A DNA stretch of 64,000 nucleotides, taken from assembly GCF_025526975.1 (NCBI RefSeq), contig NW_026515704.1:62001-126000 (forward strand). Reading direction: 5' to 3'. Below the pieces are notes generated by a model. That model did not search any database, was not told the DNA's origin, and saw only the letters and a program-made list of their open reading frames with translations. A program made the translations under genes and the position numbers. Source of the DNA: Fimicolochytrium jonesii. Taxonomy: Eukaryota. Numbering within the stretch: position 1 is the stretch's first letter; each line of letters starts with the position of its first letter. This document shows positions 47,475-59,839 of the stretch, piece by piece.

Positions 47475-48279
47475 ATTGTTGTTCTACCCGTTTGGAGGGA
47501 AGGATTGTGAAGTGTGAGAGTTGGTTTCGCTCACTCTTGCTGTTCCTTCGAATATAGGTTGATCCAATGAAAGGCGTTATGGAAACGGACTCGGGTGGAG
47601 ATTTGGGTAAGAGTAGCCGTTTGGGATTGGATGTCGTGGGGGATGGTGGTGTGGGGGGACGGGAGCTATGGGGCGGTGGCAAGGCGAGGGGATGTGAAGA
47701 CGGGTTTTTTTGCATGTTGTTTATGTCATTTGAAGTATAATATATGCATCTACCCGCAAACAATGCTTCTTGCCTGTACATGATTCTGCATGCCCCATGT
47801 ATCTATTTTATGTGCATCATGCGCCCCAGCTTCCCAAGTGACGCTTCCTGAGGGACATGTGGTGGCAGAAAGTAGCCCCCCTCGAAACGAGGTTGTGATG
47901 GTCATATTTGAGTAAGGTTTTCATGCCCCGTTTCCTTTCCTTGGCCATTGACCCACGCGAAGAAAAGGCGCTTAATAACAATTTAGCATCGCCACATGCG
48001 CTGTGGAGAGAAGGTTGAGGAGAAGTATAAACTGTGTACAGTATGTACATAGGAGGTGTCGGGCGCCGGTGAAGGGAAAACGTCCAAATGCAAATGCGCG
48101 CGTCCGATAATTGCCCTTGCTATTTGAAAGTTGCTGAGCGCGCCCCGCTTTCCTCCAAAATCCCACCCCTCACCAATTGACATTCCCCACCCTCCATCCG
48201 CACAGCAACACTCCCAGCACAGAGCGCTGTACCCAACCATCCCTCAAACTCCCTAACTTATATCCCCGAAACAGAAACA

Positions 48280-51200
48280 ATGTCAGACAGCGAAGACGAC
48301 GTCCCCCTCCTCGCGCGTCGCAGCGCAAACAAACCCACCACCACCACCTCCGACTCCCATCCACAATCACCCGCCAAACCCGTGAAAGACGAACCCGCCG
48401 CCGCCGCCGCCGCGCACGATGATGAATCGGAGTCGGAGATTCCGTTGGCGCAGCGGAAGAGGGCTTTGAGTGGTGGTGGTATGTCGCGAGAGAAGCTAAT
48501 GGGGGGTTCGGAGTCGGTGATTGATCTGGGGTTGGTTTTAGGGGCGAAAACGACGACAGCGAAGAGGGGGAAGAAGGTGGTTGAGTCGGACAGTGATTCT
48601 GATGTGCCTTTGGTGAGACTGCCGACGATTTCCAACGTTCAATTCAGCGTGGTGCTTTTACTCATTGCTGTGCTGTGTTCGTGTTCATAGGCGAAGCGGT
48701 TAAAGAAGGAACCGGCGGCGAAAGCGAAGACGAATGGGACGGCGAAGGTGAGACGTTCTTTTTCCGAGTTGCCTTGATATCTTGAACTTTAGAAACTGAC
48801 TCCTTTTTTTCCAACGATGAAGACAACGTCCCGAAAACGCACAAAAGCCGACGTGGACTCCGACACCAGCGACGCAGCGACTCCCGAAAAGAAACCGCGG
48901 AAAAGCAGCGCAAGCACCAAAAAGAAGGCGTCCAAAATCGACACATCCATAACACCCGTCGTCGTCAAAGAGGGCACGGCCGGCGATCCAGCGGCGACAG
49001 GCGCAGCAAAGAAAAAGGCAGGAAAGAAAGGGGCCGCAACGAAGGATGAAGAAGATGCGCCGGCTGCAGAGGAGGAGGATGATTTCAGCTGGCTGGACAA
49101 CATGAGCGCGGATAACAGCATCAAGTGGAAATCGCTGCAGCATAATGGCCCGCTGTTTCCGCCGCCGTATGAGCCGCATGGGGTGCAGATGAAATATGAT
49201 GGTGAGCGGGGTGGTTCACTGGCCTCTGTGGGTGGGTGGGTGGGTGATGCGCGAAGTGCTGACGCAGGCGGTTCGACAGGCCAACCGGTGGAGTTATCGC
49301 CGGATTCGGAAGAAGTCGCGACGTTCTATGCGGGCGTTATGGGCACGGATTGGGACCGGAATCCAAAGTTTCGGCAGAACTTTTTCAAAGACTTTCTGGC
49401 GATTTTGGCAAAGGATAAGAAGGTAAACCCAACAGATGGGATCTTGTGCACCTGGATTCGTGGTCAAGTTTCTCACCGCGATCTCTACCAAACAGAAACC
49501 GCCAATCAAGAAGATTGAAAAGTGTGATTTCTCTCCGCTTGCCGAATATCTAGCACAGGAGAAGGAACGGAAGAAGAATATGAGCAAAGAGGAGAAACAG
49601 GTGCGCGGTTGGAATCTCATCAAATGATAGTTGCCACGACTTGCCATCAGAGATAGTCGGAACTGACGCAGATGCATCCTCGCCATCCAGAAAATCAAAG
49701 AAGAAAAAGCCGCCTTAGACGAAAAATACGGTATCGCCTACGTCGACTCCCACAAAGAGAAAGTCGGCAACTACCGTATCGAGCCCCCTGGCCTCTTCCG
49801 CGGGCGCGGCGAGCACCCCAAAACCGGATCCCTCAAAACGCGCGTCCTCCCCGAGCAGGTCACCATCAACATCGGCGAGGACGCCAAAGTCCCCGACCCG
49901 CCCGCCGGCCACAAGTGGGGCAAAGTGATCCATGACCCGACGGTGACGTGGCTGGCGACGTGGAAGGAGAATGTGAATGATAATACAAAGTATGTTTTCT
50001 TGTCGGTGAATTCGAGGTTTAAGGTTGTGAGTGATCGCGCGAAGTTTGACAAAGCGAGGGAGCTTAAGGTTCGTGTTTTGCGCCCTGTGTTCTGTTGCAT
50101 TTGCGTCTCGCTTGGCCCTCCCCTTGCTGACTTGCAGTTTTATGATCTTTCAGAAAAAAGTGCACGAAATCCGCAAAGACTACATGCGCGAAATGAAAGA
50201 CAAAGAAATGGGCAACCGCCAGCGCGCAACCGCCATGTACCTCATCGACCAATTCGCCCTGCGAGCGGGCAACGAAAAAGGCGAAGACGAGGCCGACACC
50301 GTCGGTTGCTGCTCATTGCGATACGAGCACGTTATCCTGGAACCGCCTAACAAGATCCATCTGGATTTCTTGGGCAAGGACTCGATTCGCTTCTCGAAGT
50401 GTCTGACGGTGGAGGAGGATGTGTTTAAGAATATCAAGATTTTTAAGAAACCGCCGAAGAAGGAGGGGGATGATTTGTTTGATCGGTTGACTGTAAGTCT
50501 GGGGGCTATCTGCCAATCCCTATCATTACCTTGGCGATTAACCCTCTCCATAACGCGTTCTCTCTCCAGACGGCCTCGCTCAACAAACACCTCACAAAAT
50601 ACATGCCGGGCCTCACCGCCAAAGTTTTCCGCACCCACAACGCCTCGGCAACCTTCCAACTCAAACTCAACGAGCTGACCCCCGCCGACGGCACGATCTC
50701 CCAAAAACTCTACGCCTTCACCGAAGCCAACCGCCTCGTCGCCGTCCTCTGCAACCACCAAAAAGGCGTCGCGAAGAATTTCGGAGAAGCGATGGCGCGC
50801 TCGCAGAATGCCGTCCTTGGGGTCAAATACGAGCGGTCGTTAGTCAAAGCCCAGCTTCTTGACCTCCTAGACGCGAAATCGAAGAAGAAACGGCCGGAGC
50901 TGAGCGAAGCCGAGGAAGGGGTCACGCCCGAATTCATCAAGACGTACCTGGCAGCGAAAGAGGAAAAGGAGAAAGTGAAGCTGGAGAAGATGAAGGCGGA
51001 GAACAAGGAGGTGAAGGTGAAGAAGGAAGCGCCCGCGCCGACCGTGGAGCGGCTGGAGAAGATGCTGGTGAAGTTGAATGAGCAGGTGGAGGCGAAGGAG
51101 GAGATTGTGCGGAGAAAAGTACGTTGCATTCCATATCTCCCTCCCCGCTCCCTAAACATACATATTCACCGAAATGTATTCATCGTATTCAACAGGACAT

Positions 51201-51454
51201 GACGAAAGACACAGCCCTGGGAACTTCCAAAACCAACTACCTGGACCCGCGGATAACCTTCGCCTGGTGCTCCAAGCACGGCGTCCCCGTCGCGAAGGTG
51301 CTTCCGCAGGGGCTGAGGGTGAAGTTTAAGTGGGCGGAGGCGTATATTAAGAAGCATGGGGCTGATTGGGTATGTGTTGAAACGTTCGTTGGGAGCTTGG
51401 GGTCACTTTTCTGATTTTGAATGGCGGGTTTCTTTTCTTTGACAGCAATTTTGA
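48280..51454 (+). CDS. TOP1: DNA topoisomerase I (type IB), multi-exon
   Basis: [64 protein letters not shown], catalytic [11 protein letters not shown]; last micro-exon CAA TTT TGA at 51446..51454. Confidence 0.97.
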
Positions 51455-52326
51455 AAACAAGCAACCGCAGCCCCATCAATCTACCATGTGGGCCTAGCTC
51501 CCATATCGCAAACGATCCACCTTTGAAAAACATTACATCCCCCCCCCGGTCACCTTACGTTCTCCAGTGTAGAAGTGGTGTGGGGTGAGGACAACATCGC
51601 GCTCCTTTGTTCCCTACACTCTATTTCTATCTGGCTACCTTGGTTCGGGGGGGAATGAACTCTACACAATTTTCTCCGTATGACTGGTTGTGTATTGTAA
51701 TAAAGACATGGGACGGACCGGGGGGAGACATCCTCGCTATACCCGAATGGAAATTCATATTCTTTCAAAAATTCCTACAAAAAAAAAGTAAGAGAAATTT
51801 GTTCAGATCGCTACTCTTTTGACACGGAATTGCCAGAATGGCCTTCGTCTCGGCGGCCTCGCGCAGCCCGTGGTTTGACAGCAACTGACACTATTTACGT
51901 GTCGCGCGTCTGCTTCTGTCCTTACTCAATGGGCTAAATAACAGCCTAGATGGCCCGACATCCCTTTCGCAATTGCGATCCTTTTGGCGAAGAATCTACC
52001 CAGTACAAGCTGTGCGAGAGCAATGTCCGCATCCACACATTTTATTTAACTTCTGGTCAGTCCTTACCCTGCCTCCTCGTCAACCTACCTTGCTTCGTCC
52101 GTTGCAAAAGTCGAAAAACTCGTCCCGGTTCCTGGCGACAACAAGAACCTACATGTGAACCTACAATAGAAAGCAGAAAAAGCGCGCCACTATGATCTTC
52201 ATAAATCGCTCACAGCATGTTCGGGTGTCCCGCTGGAATCTGCTCGCGGTTTATCTCGCTTGGTGTACATTGGCGTGCGGGCACATCGCATCAGCAAGCG
52301 ACACTAACTCTCGCGGAATCGGCACC

Positions 52327-53059
52327 ATGACCACCATGCAATACCTCGCGACCGAGCCGTGTGCCGGTCCAAGCCATCCGTCCTGGGAGGCCGCACGGCT
52401 CCGATTAGTCCAAGCGGCAAAAGGTGGAGTTTGCGTATGTTTCTGGGGAAACCCGGGGAGCTTTCCGTCCCGATCTGACCACGACTTCACATTCCCGCAG
52501 TCGCCACAAGCGATGTCACTCAGATCAAGCTCAACCGGTTGATACGGTGTGACCCATCTGCGGAGCGCCAACTGGAGCTACGTGAACTTGGTACGTGAAT
52601 CGGGAGGAAGAGAGCCCGTTCTATCGCAATGCCCCCCCAATGTTGACTCCGCTGGCATTTATTTCCGAACGATTAGCGTCGGGGTACATTGGAAACACAC
52701 GAAGAGCCCGGCAGGCCCTCTGCCACTACCAGGACTCTGTGGTTTCGGTGGAGAGCCTGCAAGCCGAATTGCAAGATCTGGTCACACGGGGTAAGTGTGT
52801 TCTCGTCTTTGCTTTGTTTTTCATCAAATTGGCAGGAAAAAGGCGCGGTGCAAACTAGAATGCCCTTGCCTTCACCACAGTCGACGCGGTGGAGGACTAT
52901 GAGGAAAAGATCCTGCAGCTGTTGGAAGAAGCACGGCAAGATCCGCAGTGCTCCCAGTGGGCGGGGCGCAACAGTGTGTACGAAGGGGCTGCGGGATTGG
53001 CATCTGTCGCTGACGCTGGAGACATCGTTCTGCCGGATCCAGAAGCCATCGTGGCGTGA
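52327..53059 (+). CDS. Possible small spliced hypothetical protein
   Basis: Exon-like pieces bounded by splice signals (GTAAGT at about 52791, CACAG at 52880) with helical protein-like translation; no known motif. Confidence 0.35.
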
Positions 53060-53804
53060 ATTGCGATGTCATCGTCATGCTCACACAATTTTCCGTATGC
53101 GCTGTCTACAAACTCCCGAGTCACCTAATTACATATTATTTATTTGCGAAAATGTAAAATGAAATGTTCGTTACATGAAGCAATTGGTGTGTGCGCGCAG
53201 TGATCAAGCCGCCTGGAAGCATAGTCACCACTCTGGGTCTCAAGTCCTAGCAAGCCAACACCCCCCCACAACTGCTGTGCAAGTTCCTTCCTTTCACACT
53301 GGAATGACCACCAGGGCAAGGGAATCAGGCTTCGAGGCTTCAAGGGCTTTCCAAGCTGTAGATATTGTAAGCGCCCCACACTATCGCTTGAAAAAAAAAC
53401 TCCCAAAGTATCAATTGACGGGAGTATGTTAGCATCTTTGAAAAGCTGAAATTGCAACCAGAAGATTCTTGGTCGCTCGCTGCGGTTCCTCCACTTCGCC
53501 AATCGGAATTGGACGTGTACGGATGACATAAGCACCGGACGACGCGTTTTCGAACGACGCCCCGTTGACTGGAATATCCTGAACGGGGCGGGAGCCGAAG
53601 TCGCTCCATAAACCGGCGGGCGGGGATGCTGCTATGGCGTACAAAGCCCTGCGATAATTCATAAGGGTTCCTATCCCCATCCCTTTTGCATATCCCCGAC
53701 CGCAGCGGGCACAGAGCACAGAGTCCGCTAAAAGCGCCGGAGGACTCTGTCTGCTTTGCCAGCCATAGAACATACGCACATCAGGGGGCCACACACACAC
53801 ACTT

Positions 53805-56220
53805 TCACACCCGCCTCGCAACAGCTCCTACCTCCCCCAACCACCTCCCGGCCGCCTGCTCGTCCCCCGCACACTCCGCCAACGCCCGCACGCCCCAGCT
53901 CAGATCCCACCCCTTTTCCGCCAACCGGTCCGCGGCGTACCGCCGCAGCTGCACGGCGGGGTCTGTGACGATGCTGCAGAGGAAGTAGAGGGGGTGCGGG
54001 GGTGGGGTTGGGAGGTGGAGGGGTGGTAGAGGGGACGAGGGGGGAATGGGCGGGGGTGTGGTGGGAGGGGGGTGGATGAAGGCGTGGGGGAGGAGGGAGA
54101 GGGCTGTGAGGGCTGCTGTTGTTGGGTCGAGCGGGTGGGAGGTTGCTGTAGCGCAGTACTGTGGAAACCAACATCAAAAGAAACAGATAGATAGATATCA
54201 GCAAGGCAATGTCATCAATGGGTATGAGATGATACGACCCACAGAACGTACATGATTCCGACAAAGCGCACGTCCACACCCCTCGACCATCTGCCGATGC
54301 AGAACCTGCACCAGCTTCTGCGCAAATCTCTGATGTTGCGGGTCGTGCCGGGGTGACCAGAAGGTTCCGTAGCAGGTTGAGCACAGGCCGGCGGCGCGGG
54401 CGGTGGGTTTGGTGGAGAGGGGGTTGGAGCAGGATGTGTTTGTGCAGAGGGGGGGTGGTGGGGGAAGGGAAGCGAGAGATTGGGATGTGAGGTGGACGTG
54501 GAATTTTGCGTGGGTTTGGATGTCCTGATGTGGGAGATTAGAGTGGGGATGAAGAGTTATGAGGGTGTAAATGGTGGGAGAGACGAATGGTGTGAGACGT
54601 TTACGTTACCTTCATCTGCACAGCGGCCTTACACTTTGCACAAACGATCGTTCGTGCTCCACACTCGCTCTCATGGCTCGACATCCCGCCCAACAACAGA
54701 TCCTTCGGCAAAAAGCTCGGCGGGCCAGCGGGCAGTAACAAATGGCAGAACCTGCACACGTGCAGCCGATCAGGACACCGTTCACCTCTATGCGTCGCCA
54801 CGTCCGGTAAAAACAACTCCTTGCCGCACGTGCATGTCATGGGGGTGTGTATCCTGCTCATGTGTTTGTCGCGCGCCCCGGAGGAGATGGTGCCGATGAA
54901 GGGGCAGAAACCGCAGTGCCAGTGGTCGGCGGCTTGGGATTTAAGGAGAGTGGTGTGGCAGTGGGGGCAGGTGGTGTTGTTGCGGAGGCAGAAGGCGAGG
55001 TGCATGGGGAGGGTTTGGGAAGGTATGTGGGCGCCGCAGTTGGTGCAGCGGGTTGTGCCGGGTGGTGGTTCGGTTGTTGGCTCAGGCGGAGGGGGGACGG
55101 GCTCGTCGGTGGTCTTGGCGGAGAGGTCGTCGACTCGGACGTGTAATTGGAACTCGGACGTTGGGGAGACGCCCAGCACGCCGATATGCAGGATCGGCGC
55201 CTGAGTCGGATCCGGCACCTCTAATGAGACGACGGAGCGGCCGACGTCGACGTTGTAAGCTGAGTGATCCATTATGGAAGGTTTCTCCAAGGTTGTGGAC
55301 AGAAACACGTCCGCGTCGCCGTGGTGTGGGTCTACTTCGATGGTATATGTCGATGGGGAAGGTGTTGTCGGGATCTGGAAGTATATGTACTCGTCGGCTT
55401 TTACTGAATATGGGGACAATGAGGACGCGGTCCGCCCTTCTGCGTCCCAGGAGAGTTGGATTGGTCCGCCGCCGCCGCCACCAGCTTGTTGCGGGGTGAA
55501 CTTTTTGCGTACCGCCGCTTCTGCCAAGCCGATGTCGAGAGGTTCGATGTCTACCACGACATCCTGATCGAGGATGAGACAGCCTGGGATCGTCTCTTTG
55601 ACGACATGCACCGGCTTCCCATTCTTCGAATTCATACCGGACATCCCATCCCGATCCTCTTCATCGCTGCTATCATCATCATCATCATCGACGACATCCT
55701 TCGACTCTGCCCTCAACTCTGCAACCAGAAACCGATGCTCATGCGCCTGCCGCGTCGACCTATGGATCTCGGTGATAGCCAGAATCTGCCCCTGCGTCAG
55801 CGTCGCGTAGTTCCTGCGCAGATGCGATTCGAGGGTGGATCTGATATCGGCAATCTCCAGATAATCCGCATCCAGCGGTGCCAGTTTCGCGTACGTGCCG
55901 CACGGGAGTGTGACTGTCGTCAACCGAACGTCCAGCGCCTTATTATCATCGTTATCGGTGGGCGGAAGGTTCAGCAACCCAAGTGATTCCGCTAGTGGTT
56001 TTCCGAGCTGTATCGTGCCTTCGTCGGCTGTAAACTCGCGGACTGTGGCATAGACTTTGAGACTGGTGTGCGGGCTGACGAGTTGGAAGGTGAGCGGGTG
56101 GGCATGGCGGTCGTCGTTGCCGACGAGGGAATGGAGGAGGTCGGCGGGGAGGTTGACTCGGTCGCCGGTAAGGGTTTCGACTGTTTGAGCTCGGAGGAGC
56201 CGCGTCCAGGGGGAAGTCAT
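53805..56220 (-). CDS. UFD1-domain protein with TRAF-type Zn-finger repeats and C-terminal UBA-like domain
   Basis: GDRVNLP...PLTFQL...VREFTADEG, LESHLRRNYATLTQG, repeated C-x2-C...H-x3-C units; last exon ends LAEKGWDLSWGVRALAECAGDEQAAGRWL...TGA at 53805. Confidence 0.85.
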
Positions 56221-57098
56221 CTTGGTGTGGGATCTTTCGTTTGAATTGCTGGCGGCGGTGTTCCAATGTCCGCTGAGCTATCTAGCGTGAATGGGGAGCA
56301 AAGTCTCAACCCGCGCATATATAAATATGCCGACGGACCCGACGACACTGCCTGTGACTTCCAGAACCTTCCCTCCCCTGTGCGCCTGAGTGCTGTATTG
56401 GTCAGGTAGTGCCGAGTGAGGATTAGAAATGCAAACGCATTGGGGTCCCTCGAGCGACGCGCAAGCCCTGAGACTGTTGAGGTGTGGCTTCGGACGGGCA
56501 GACGGCGCAGCGGCCACTCTCGCCTGCTGCACTCCACTACGCACAACGAACAACGAACAACGCAATAGACTGGAAAGAACCGCACATACTGGCACTGTCC
56601 ATGCGGCAAGAGGAACTGGTCACCGACTCAGGAAGCAGCTTGTGCGCCCAACGAACAGTGTCGTTGGTCTCTCCCAAAACTCAGTCAGACCACACAACTC
56701 CGCCCCGAAAACTGAGCGGGGTTTGAAATGTGCATTGGCGACACTACTCTTCTACCTGCGAAATGCATAGGAGTCGGTCAGGACCGCTGCTGGGCGATAT
56801 GAGTGGGACTACGAATGTGAGTTGCGCATTTGGAAGTAGGGGGAAAGGCTTTGCGTATGGGCGCAGGCTTTTTCGGGCTGGAACGCTACAGCACAGCACA
56901 CGCTCATTCTCTCCCGTTTTGAATTCTGGAAATCGACTTATATGGGGCTACTTGTTCCCAGAATTTCTCGGCCAAGTGAGTACAGCATCCCTCCATGGGG
57001 GGACTCAGGAGTATGTCGGTTTGCTCTCTCGACTGTGAGCCCCACACATCAAAACATAACCTCACACCTCCCTCCTCTCCAACTTCAGCCTCAGCCAA

Positions 57099-57798
57099 AT
57101 GTACACTCGCCCACGAGCCGCCCTCACCTCCCACGCTACATTCCTGCACTCGTTCGCCAACCGCCTGCTCCACTCGCGCTTCTGGAAAGCGTTCTATATC
57201 GCCATGCTGGTCATGAGCGTGACTTGCCTCGTCTGGGCTTATTATGTGCCATGTCCGGGGGCTTGGTTTTATGTGTTGGAGGTGTGCGTCAATGGTGCGA
57301 TGTTGGTTGAGGTGGGAGTACGGTTTTGTGCACTTGGGAAGGTAAGCGATGGGCGCGAGCGAAGGCCCATCTACGTAGTTCAATCTCCTTGGGCATCCCT
57401 TCAACCATCCAACCCTCTAACCAACCTTGGCTTTGTTTCATTTTCGCCTCGCTTCGATTTAGCACTTCTGGACAAGCCCCTGGAACCTGCTCGACCTGGC
57501 CCTCACGCCGATTTGCCTAGTAACCCTCTTCCTCCTCCTCCTAACCCCCTGCTCGCCGTCACGTACCGACGAGATGGAATTCGAAGACATCCTCCTCGTC
57601 GTCCGCAACGGCGTCGTACTGGCGCGGTTGCTGTGGGTGCTGGGAAAGAACAGGGAGCGGGTGCTTGGGGGTGGGGTGAGGAATATCGATTTGGGTGGGG
57701 TTGGGGATCTGGATCTGATGGGGGATGTGTTGCCGGGGGGGAAGGGGTTGCCGATGTGGGATAGTGCGGCGTGGGAGGGGGGGGATGAGTTGTTTTGA
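57099..57798 (+). CDS. 192-aa four-helix ion-transport (voltage-sensor-like S1-S4 only) membrane protein; exons 57099..57341, 57463..57798
   Basis: Phase-0 intron GTAAGC..TTTAG; S2 E-x9-E-x3-R, S3 FWTSPWNLLD, S4-like DILLVVRNGVVLARLL; no pore helices. Confidence 0.7.
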
Positions 57799-58115
57799 GA
57801 CGACTGAGGGGATCGTAATGGGACTGAATGGGGGGAGGATATTTATCATATTATAGACATATTATCTGAGACTCAAATCCCGCATTATACATACATATTT
57901 TCTCATGCTTGGCACAAACGGATTGGGATGGGGACCGGTAACATTGCCTTTGTACTGTAGAAAATGCTCCAGTCCACACGCGCAATGCCGTCAGTGAGTC
58001 ACGGTGAGTCACGCGGGTGCTGTCAGAGGGGGTCACCAGAGCGCTTTTCCGCTTCAACTTGCGCACTCCCCCTTCAAGCACAACAAACGTACTACCCAAG
58101 AACTACGTAGTAACC

Positions 58116-59551
58116 ATGACCGGCGTAAAACGCTCCGTCCGTCTCCTCTCCGGCGCAACATCTACCATCTCCCCCTCCCCATCCGCGACGGGAGTTAAGC
58201 CGCTACGCACAGCATCCAGGTCTGGGTCCATCTCTCACCCGTCTTATGCATCTTCAAAAAACTTACCTCCCGCGCATGTTGCTCTCTACGTCTTATCTAG
58301 CTTGCTGGTATGTGCGCCGATAAGGAAGCCGAGTGACGGTGGAGCGGATTTCAAGGTGTTGATGGTTAAGAGGTGTGTGTGGTCCTTGGGTGGAGGGGGT
58401 GGAGGATAGACTGGCGCTTTTGCTGGTTCCGCCTATTCGAATCCATTTCCGCGGAGGACCTGATATTTGGGGGTCTCTCTTTTCCCTTTTCCATTGAGGG
58501 TATTTGAAGACAGGCGCGAGGATCGTTCGGGTCTATGCACGCGTACCCTGGTAAGTTGAGGAGCGCACCTTCTTGCAGATGTGTCAACCGTCTTCAAGTG
58601 AGCTGGATCTCACGGTGCTCTTCTCCCTCCAGGCGGGGTCGTAGATTCCTGCGATAGCGACGCCAAATGGGAACAGCTCACAGGCCGCACATTAGCCAAC
58701 CAACGGTAACGTCCCTACATCATCCACTCCTACCAAACACCTACCAACCCCCTCTCCCCAAGCATTCCACCCGACACCCTCCCCCTCCGCCTCGCCGCCC
58801 TCCGCGAAACCTTCGAAGAAACCGGCCTCTTCCTCACCCACCCACCCCTCCCCCTCCCCCCACAAACATCAACCCACTGGCGCCACCTCATTCACACCTC
58901 CGGGCACGAATTCCACACCCTCTGCACATCCCTGTCTGCGGCCCCACGCGTCAACGCACTTGTATTGTGGGCAAACTGGATCACGCCTGTTGCGCAGAAG
59001 GCGAGGTTTGATACGTTTTTTTATTTGACTGTTTTGGATTCGGCGGAGGGACACGATGTCAGCGCGGATGGGACCGAGTGTACCGAGGCAAGGTGGTGGA
59101 CCCCACGGGAAGCGTTGGAGGCTTATCAGCGGGGAGGTACGTACGTCCATGTGCATGTGCATGTGTATCCCATCCATCTCCCTCCTTTTGTATGCTACCC
59201 CCCTTCTCACCCAGGCAACGTTCAATTTCTCTTTCAGAAATCTCCCTAATCGTCCCGCAATACCTAACCCTCCTCGAACTCTCCCACCTGCACCTCTCCG
59301 ATCTGCGGTCCTACATCTCCGGTGAAACACGCCGCACGGCACAGCAACTCGCGCCCATATGTCCTGAACCGCTCTCGAGTGCCGACGGGTTGCTGACGAT
59401 GGCGATGCCGGGCGATTGGGAGTACCCGGGATGTTCGAGCGAGGGGTCCGACGGGAAGCCGCTGAATCGGGTAAAAATCAGAGTGGAGGGGGGCCGGTTT
59501 GTGGAGATTCGGCATGTCTGTAACGGTGGGGAGCGGGGGTCGAAGTTGTGA
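58116..59551 (+). CDS. Nudix hydrolase, NUDT19-like (putative acyl-CoA diphosphatase), multi-exon
   Basis: KVLMVKR, AYPGGVVD, AALRETFEETGL, WANWITP-x5-RFDTFFY, PQYLTL. Confidence 0.85.
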
Positions 59552-59839
59552 TTCGATGTGGGAGGTGGGTGATGTACGGACAGCTCCCCCTCTCGACGCT
59601 TTTGTTATAGACTTTACAGTAGAGCCACAAGCGTAGACACCTGTTCTGCATTCGTGATAACTCACTCCTCGTGACACTGCCGTGAAGCTGGGGAGATATG
59701 CACACCACACAGGTACCTCGTAGTGTGTAGATGTATTATATGGATGCTGTACATGTAAATGATCTTGTCGTATTGTTTATCGTCTATGCGTTAGTCCCCC
59801 AAACCCGCTACGATGCCGAATCATGTGGGGATTTGGGTT

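Larger units (their letters stand above)
46850..47800 (+). ncRNA. Putative spliced non-coding snoRNA host transcript; introns 47039..47282 and 47331..47557 (ends approximate)
   Basis: Two canonical GTAAG..AG introns separated by a 48-nt exon, no convincing ORF, one box C/D snoRNA in each intron. Confidence 0.65.

Noticed and set aside
42114..59551. CoA-metabolism gene cluster (PanC plus NUDT19-like hydrolase)
   Set aside because: The genes are about 13 kb apart and separated by unrelated housekeeping genes; chance proximity is sufficient.
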